DNA from: a virus
Virus record (IMG/VR): IMGVR_UViG_3300045988_137032
Location: 32,001-96,000 of that record
Strand: one strand, 5' to 3'
Length of the DNA stretch: 64,000 nt
This document shows positions 61,501 through 64,000 of this stretch, piece after piece; the first letter of the stretch is position 1; the number at the start of each line of letters is the position of its first letter. The notes beneath the pieces were generated by a model. That model saw nothing but the letters and a program-made list of their open reading frames with translations. It did not search any database and was not told where the DNA came from. The position numbers and the translations under genes were made by a program.

Positions 61501-64000
61501 ATGGTTTATATTACGTCTCTCCCATATATGAATGCAACAGCACGGAAAGCGTATTTACCGAAGGAAGTAACTCTTCCTGGGGTAAAACCTATGTCTGGAC
61601 ATGGTAATCTTGCATTTATTATGGCTACTACTCCTGCCGAAGTAATCCATGTAATTGATAGGCCGAAGAACTGTATGGCGGGTACTTATTATAAGTATCT
61701 CTATCACAATCTTCGGTATCGTGGTAAGATCGGTAATAGAAGTTATAATTTAAGAGACCTTGATGGTCGTAATAATATTTATGACCGTATTAGTAATCCG
61801 AATATTCATCCTCATCCTCCCACATTACTTAATAAGACTCCTGACTACAATACACTCTTTGATATGTCAACTTACATCAAGCTGTATAATACCATGAGTG
61901 TAAAATTCCAGCCTTCTGCGAGAGTAAATCTCTACTGGAATTATATGAAGACTATTTGGAACGGTGAGCAGACTTCTCAGTATCCGAGTAAGTTTGTACT
62001 GATAGACGTTGATCTTTTTGACAACTTCAATAGTACAGACTTCATGAAGAATATTGAGAATCCACTCTTTATCTTCTATTACTCTATGTCGAGAGAACTT
62101 CCTGCATTCACATCCATCAATATGGACTTCTATTTCTATTCGGATAGCATGATTCTTCGTGTAAATCCGAGTAAGACTTCGAAGAGAGATGCAAGTAATT
62201 TCCGTACCCAGCTTAAAAAGGTATTTAAGCGGTCTACTCGTTGGGAAGATGTTACGGATGAGAAAGAAGTTAGTAGTGAAGTGACGAAGGCTTCCATTAC
62301 TGCTACTCTGAATACTCGTTATAATATGACGGGTAGAACAGAAAATACTCGCCCTGTGGCAACTGATCTTCCGCCTGCTAAGAATGTGGATAAGCCGGAA
62401 CCTGTTGTAAAGACAAGTCCGAAGATTATGCGCCCTGACGTAGTATCTCAGGAACAGAAGAAAGTTGCAGTAAGTCCTGTTACGAAGACTTCTTCTGCAA
62501 AAAATTCTTATGTTGCTACGGATGTAGAGAAAAAAGAAGACATTGAGCAGGCTAAAAAGGTAATTGCTACTAAGATTGATCAGAAGATTGATCAGACTAC
62601 TAAGGAGATTAAAGCAGTTACTGATGCTGCTAAGACTCCTGAAGAAGCAAAAGCTGCTGCGGATTACGTTAAGACAAAATCCGAAATGGATTTGGATAAT
62701 GATAAGGAACTGATTGAAAGCATGTATAAGGTTATGCAGGCTACAACAGTTCCTACCAAGCCTGTTAGTACTGCACGCGATGCTGCAATGCGTAAGCGCC
62801 AGGAAGAAATTAAGCTTGAGAATATGACATTCCAAGACGTCAAGAATATGAATGCCGCAAAGCGTCCTATTCCTGAAAAGGATATCTCTGGTGCTCTTCA
62901 TACCATCAATGATAATATGAAGACCGTGAGATTTGCGAATGTCAATAAGGATTACATTGAGAATGTCATGCCTGCTGACTTAATGAATGCATTCACTTGC
63001 CTTAATAACAAGAGCATGCCGTTCTATGTCAGAGACATTCAGACCAAGGATACATCGGATGAATTGAACTACAAGATGACTATGAAGGTTACTCTGGAAG
63101 ATGAGGCTCATCAGCGTCATGTTGTTACTGTCGATATTCCGAAATTCTTGGATGATAAGTTCCTGTACCTTGGTGGTAATAAGAAGCTTATCAATAAGCA
63201 GAATTTCTTGTATCCTGTTGTAAAGACTGCTCCTGATACTGTGCAGATCGTTTCCAACTACAATAAGATTTTCGTACGCCGTATTGGTGCAAAGAGTATT
63301 TCGTCAGTTGAACGTCTGATAAAATTGATTTATGCAAATCCCGATGCTATGAAACTCTTCACAGTTGGTAACGCATATATCACGAATAAGCAGTATCTTA
63401 CTACTCTTGAGTATGACGAGTTTAGTAAGGTTATTACGAAATTCAAAACTCCTACTTGTACGATTTTCTTCAATCAGGAAGAAGCTACGAAGTATATCTC
63501 AGATCACAATATCGAAGCACCGAAGTGTGATGTAGGTAGTGAGATCTTCATTGGATTCCGTGATAAGAATAGAGAGCTTTGGTTAAACTCTGAAACTCAG
63601 ATGGTTGGCGATGAGCCTCTTTGTGATATCATCGCTGCTGAACTTCCTGAGAATATCCGTGAAGAATACTTCAAGACTCGTAATACGAAGAAGGTTATGT
63701 ATTCCACTGCTACATTGATGAAGCAGTCTATGCCTCTCATTGTATATATGCTGTATTGGGAAGGAATCACTTCTGTATTTAAGAAGATGAATCTGAGGTA
63801 TGAATTCAGCAAGAGCTATCCGAAGTCTGTAAAACCTTCTCAGGGTGTTATCCGTTTCAAAGACTGCTATATGCTGTATGATGCTGATATGGCTACTGCA
63901 TTACTCATGAATGGTATGAAGGTTCTTGATACAGAATCTCATGACCTGAATGAGTATAATAGCGTAGAAGCATACGTGGATTACTTTAAGAAGGTATACG
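61501..64000 (+). CDS. large protein, 5' part (open to the right edge); possible RNA polymerase beta-like subunit with a long N-terminal extension
   Basis: ATG after AAAGGAG. 833 sense codons with no stop. It is absent from the track because it is open-ended. FLDDKFLYLGGNKKLINKQNFLYPV weakly resembles beta GTF(I/V)INGxERV(I/V)VSQ. The minus ORF 61867-62901 is a shadow. Confidence 0.4.
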   Translation, partial: MVYITSLPYMNATARKAYLPKEVTLPGVKPMSGHGNLAFIMATTPAEVIHVIDRPKNCMAGTYYKYLYHNLRYRGKIGNRSYNLRDLDGRNNIYDRISNPNIHPHPPTLLNKTPDYNTLFDMSTYIKLYNTMSVKFQPSARVNLYWNYMKTIWNGEQTSQYPSKFVLIDVDLFDNFNSTDFMKNIENPLFIFYYSMSRELPAFTSINMDFYFYSDSMILRVNPSKTSKRDASNFRTQLKKVFKRSTRWEDVTDEKEVSSEVTKASITATLNTRYNMTGRTENTRPVATDLPPAKNVDKPEPVVKTSPKIMRPDVVSQEQKKVAVSPVTKTSSAKNSYVATDVEKKEDIEQAKKVIATKIDQKIDQTTKEIKAVTDAAKTPEEAKAAADYVKTKSEMDLDNDKELIESMYKVMQATTVPTKPVSTARDAAMRKRQEEIKLENMTFQDVKNMNAAKRPIPEKDISGALHTINDNMKTVRFANVNKDYIENVMPADLMNAFTCLNNKSMPFYVRDIQTKDTSDELNYKMTMKVTLEDEAHQRHVVTVDIPKFLDDKFLYLGGNKKLINKQNFLYPVVKTAPDTVQIVSNYNKIFVRRIGAKSISSVERLIKLIYANPDAMKLFTVGNAYITNKQYLTTLEYDEFSKVITKFKTPTCTIFFNQEEATKYISDHNIEAPKCDVGSEIFIGFRDKNRELWLNSETQMVGDEPLCDIIAAELPENIREEYFKTRNTKKVMYSTATLMKQSMPLIVYMLYWEGITSVFKKMNLRYEFSKSYPKSVKPSQGVIRFKDCYMLYDADMATALLMNGMKVLDTESHDLNEYNSVEAYVDYFKKVY

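Noticed and set aside
1-64000. CRISPR arrays, rRNA genes, integrase/att sites, transposons, and alternative genetic code.
   Set aside because: No spaced direct-repeat array was seen. No rRNA-like sequence was seen. No recombinase motifs appeared in any translation. Long uninterrupted ORFs in the standard code make stop-codon reassignment unnecessary, and the CTA string in the tRNA-like variable arm does not fold as an anticodon arm.

Overview
This window is a 64-kb stretch of a large, lytic-looking dsDNA phage genome. It has no integrase and no host-like genes, is more than 90% coding and AT-rich, and shows GGAGG-type Shine-Dalgarno sites and hairpin plus T-run terminators after most transcription units. 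The recognisable genes fall into these groups:
- Replication: a family-B DNA polymerase fragment covering only the polymerase domain, an SSB-like protein, a DnaB-like helicase and a FEN/RNase H.
- Nucleotide metabolism: dUTPase, an anaerobic RNR gene (nrdD) invaded by both an intein and a group I intron, and nrdG.
- A GroEL-like chaperonin.
- Pieces of a split multisubunit RNA polymerase, as in phiKZ/AR9-type jumbo phages: the beta-prime N and C halves lie 31 kb apart, and there is a possible beta-like gene at the right edge.
- A 4-tRNA operon plus an atypical fifth tRNA-like gene.
- Baseplate and fibre-like genes, and several families of diverged paralogues.

The most unusual feature is a pair of ORF-free, helix-dense regions of about 0.7 kb (20.7-21.4 kb) and about 0.85 kb (22.15-23.0 kb). 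They flank a beta-helix protein gene and abut the tRNA-like gene, and I read them as candidate large ornate ncRNAs of unknown family.

Two classes of promoter-like motif partition the genes: ATATATTATA, and YTRAAAACA-N6-TAA. No CRISPR array, rRNA or transposon was seen. All calls come from reading the sequence and translations by eye, and no database search was run.
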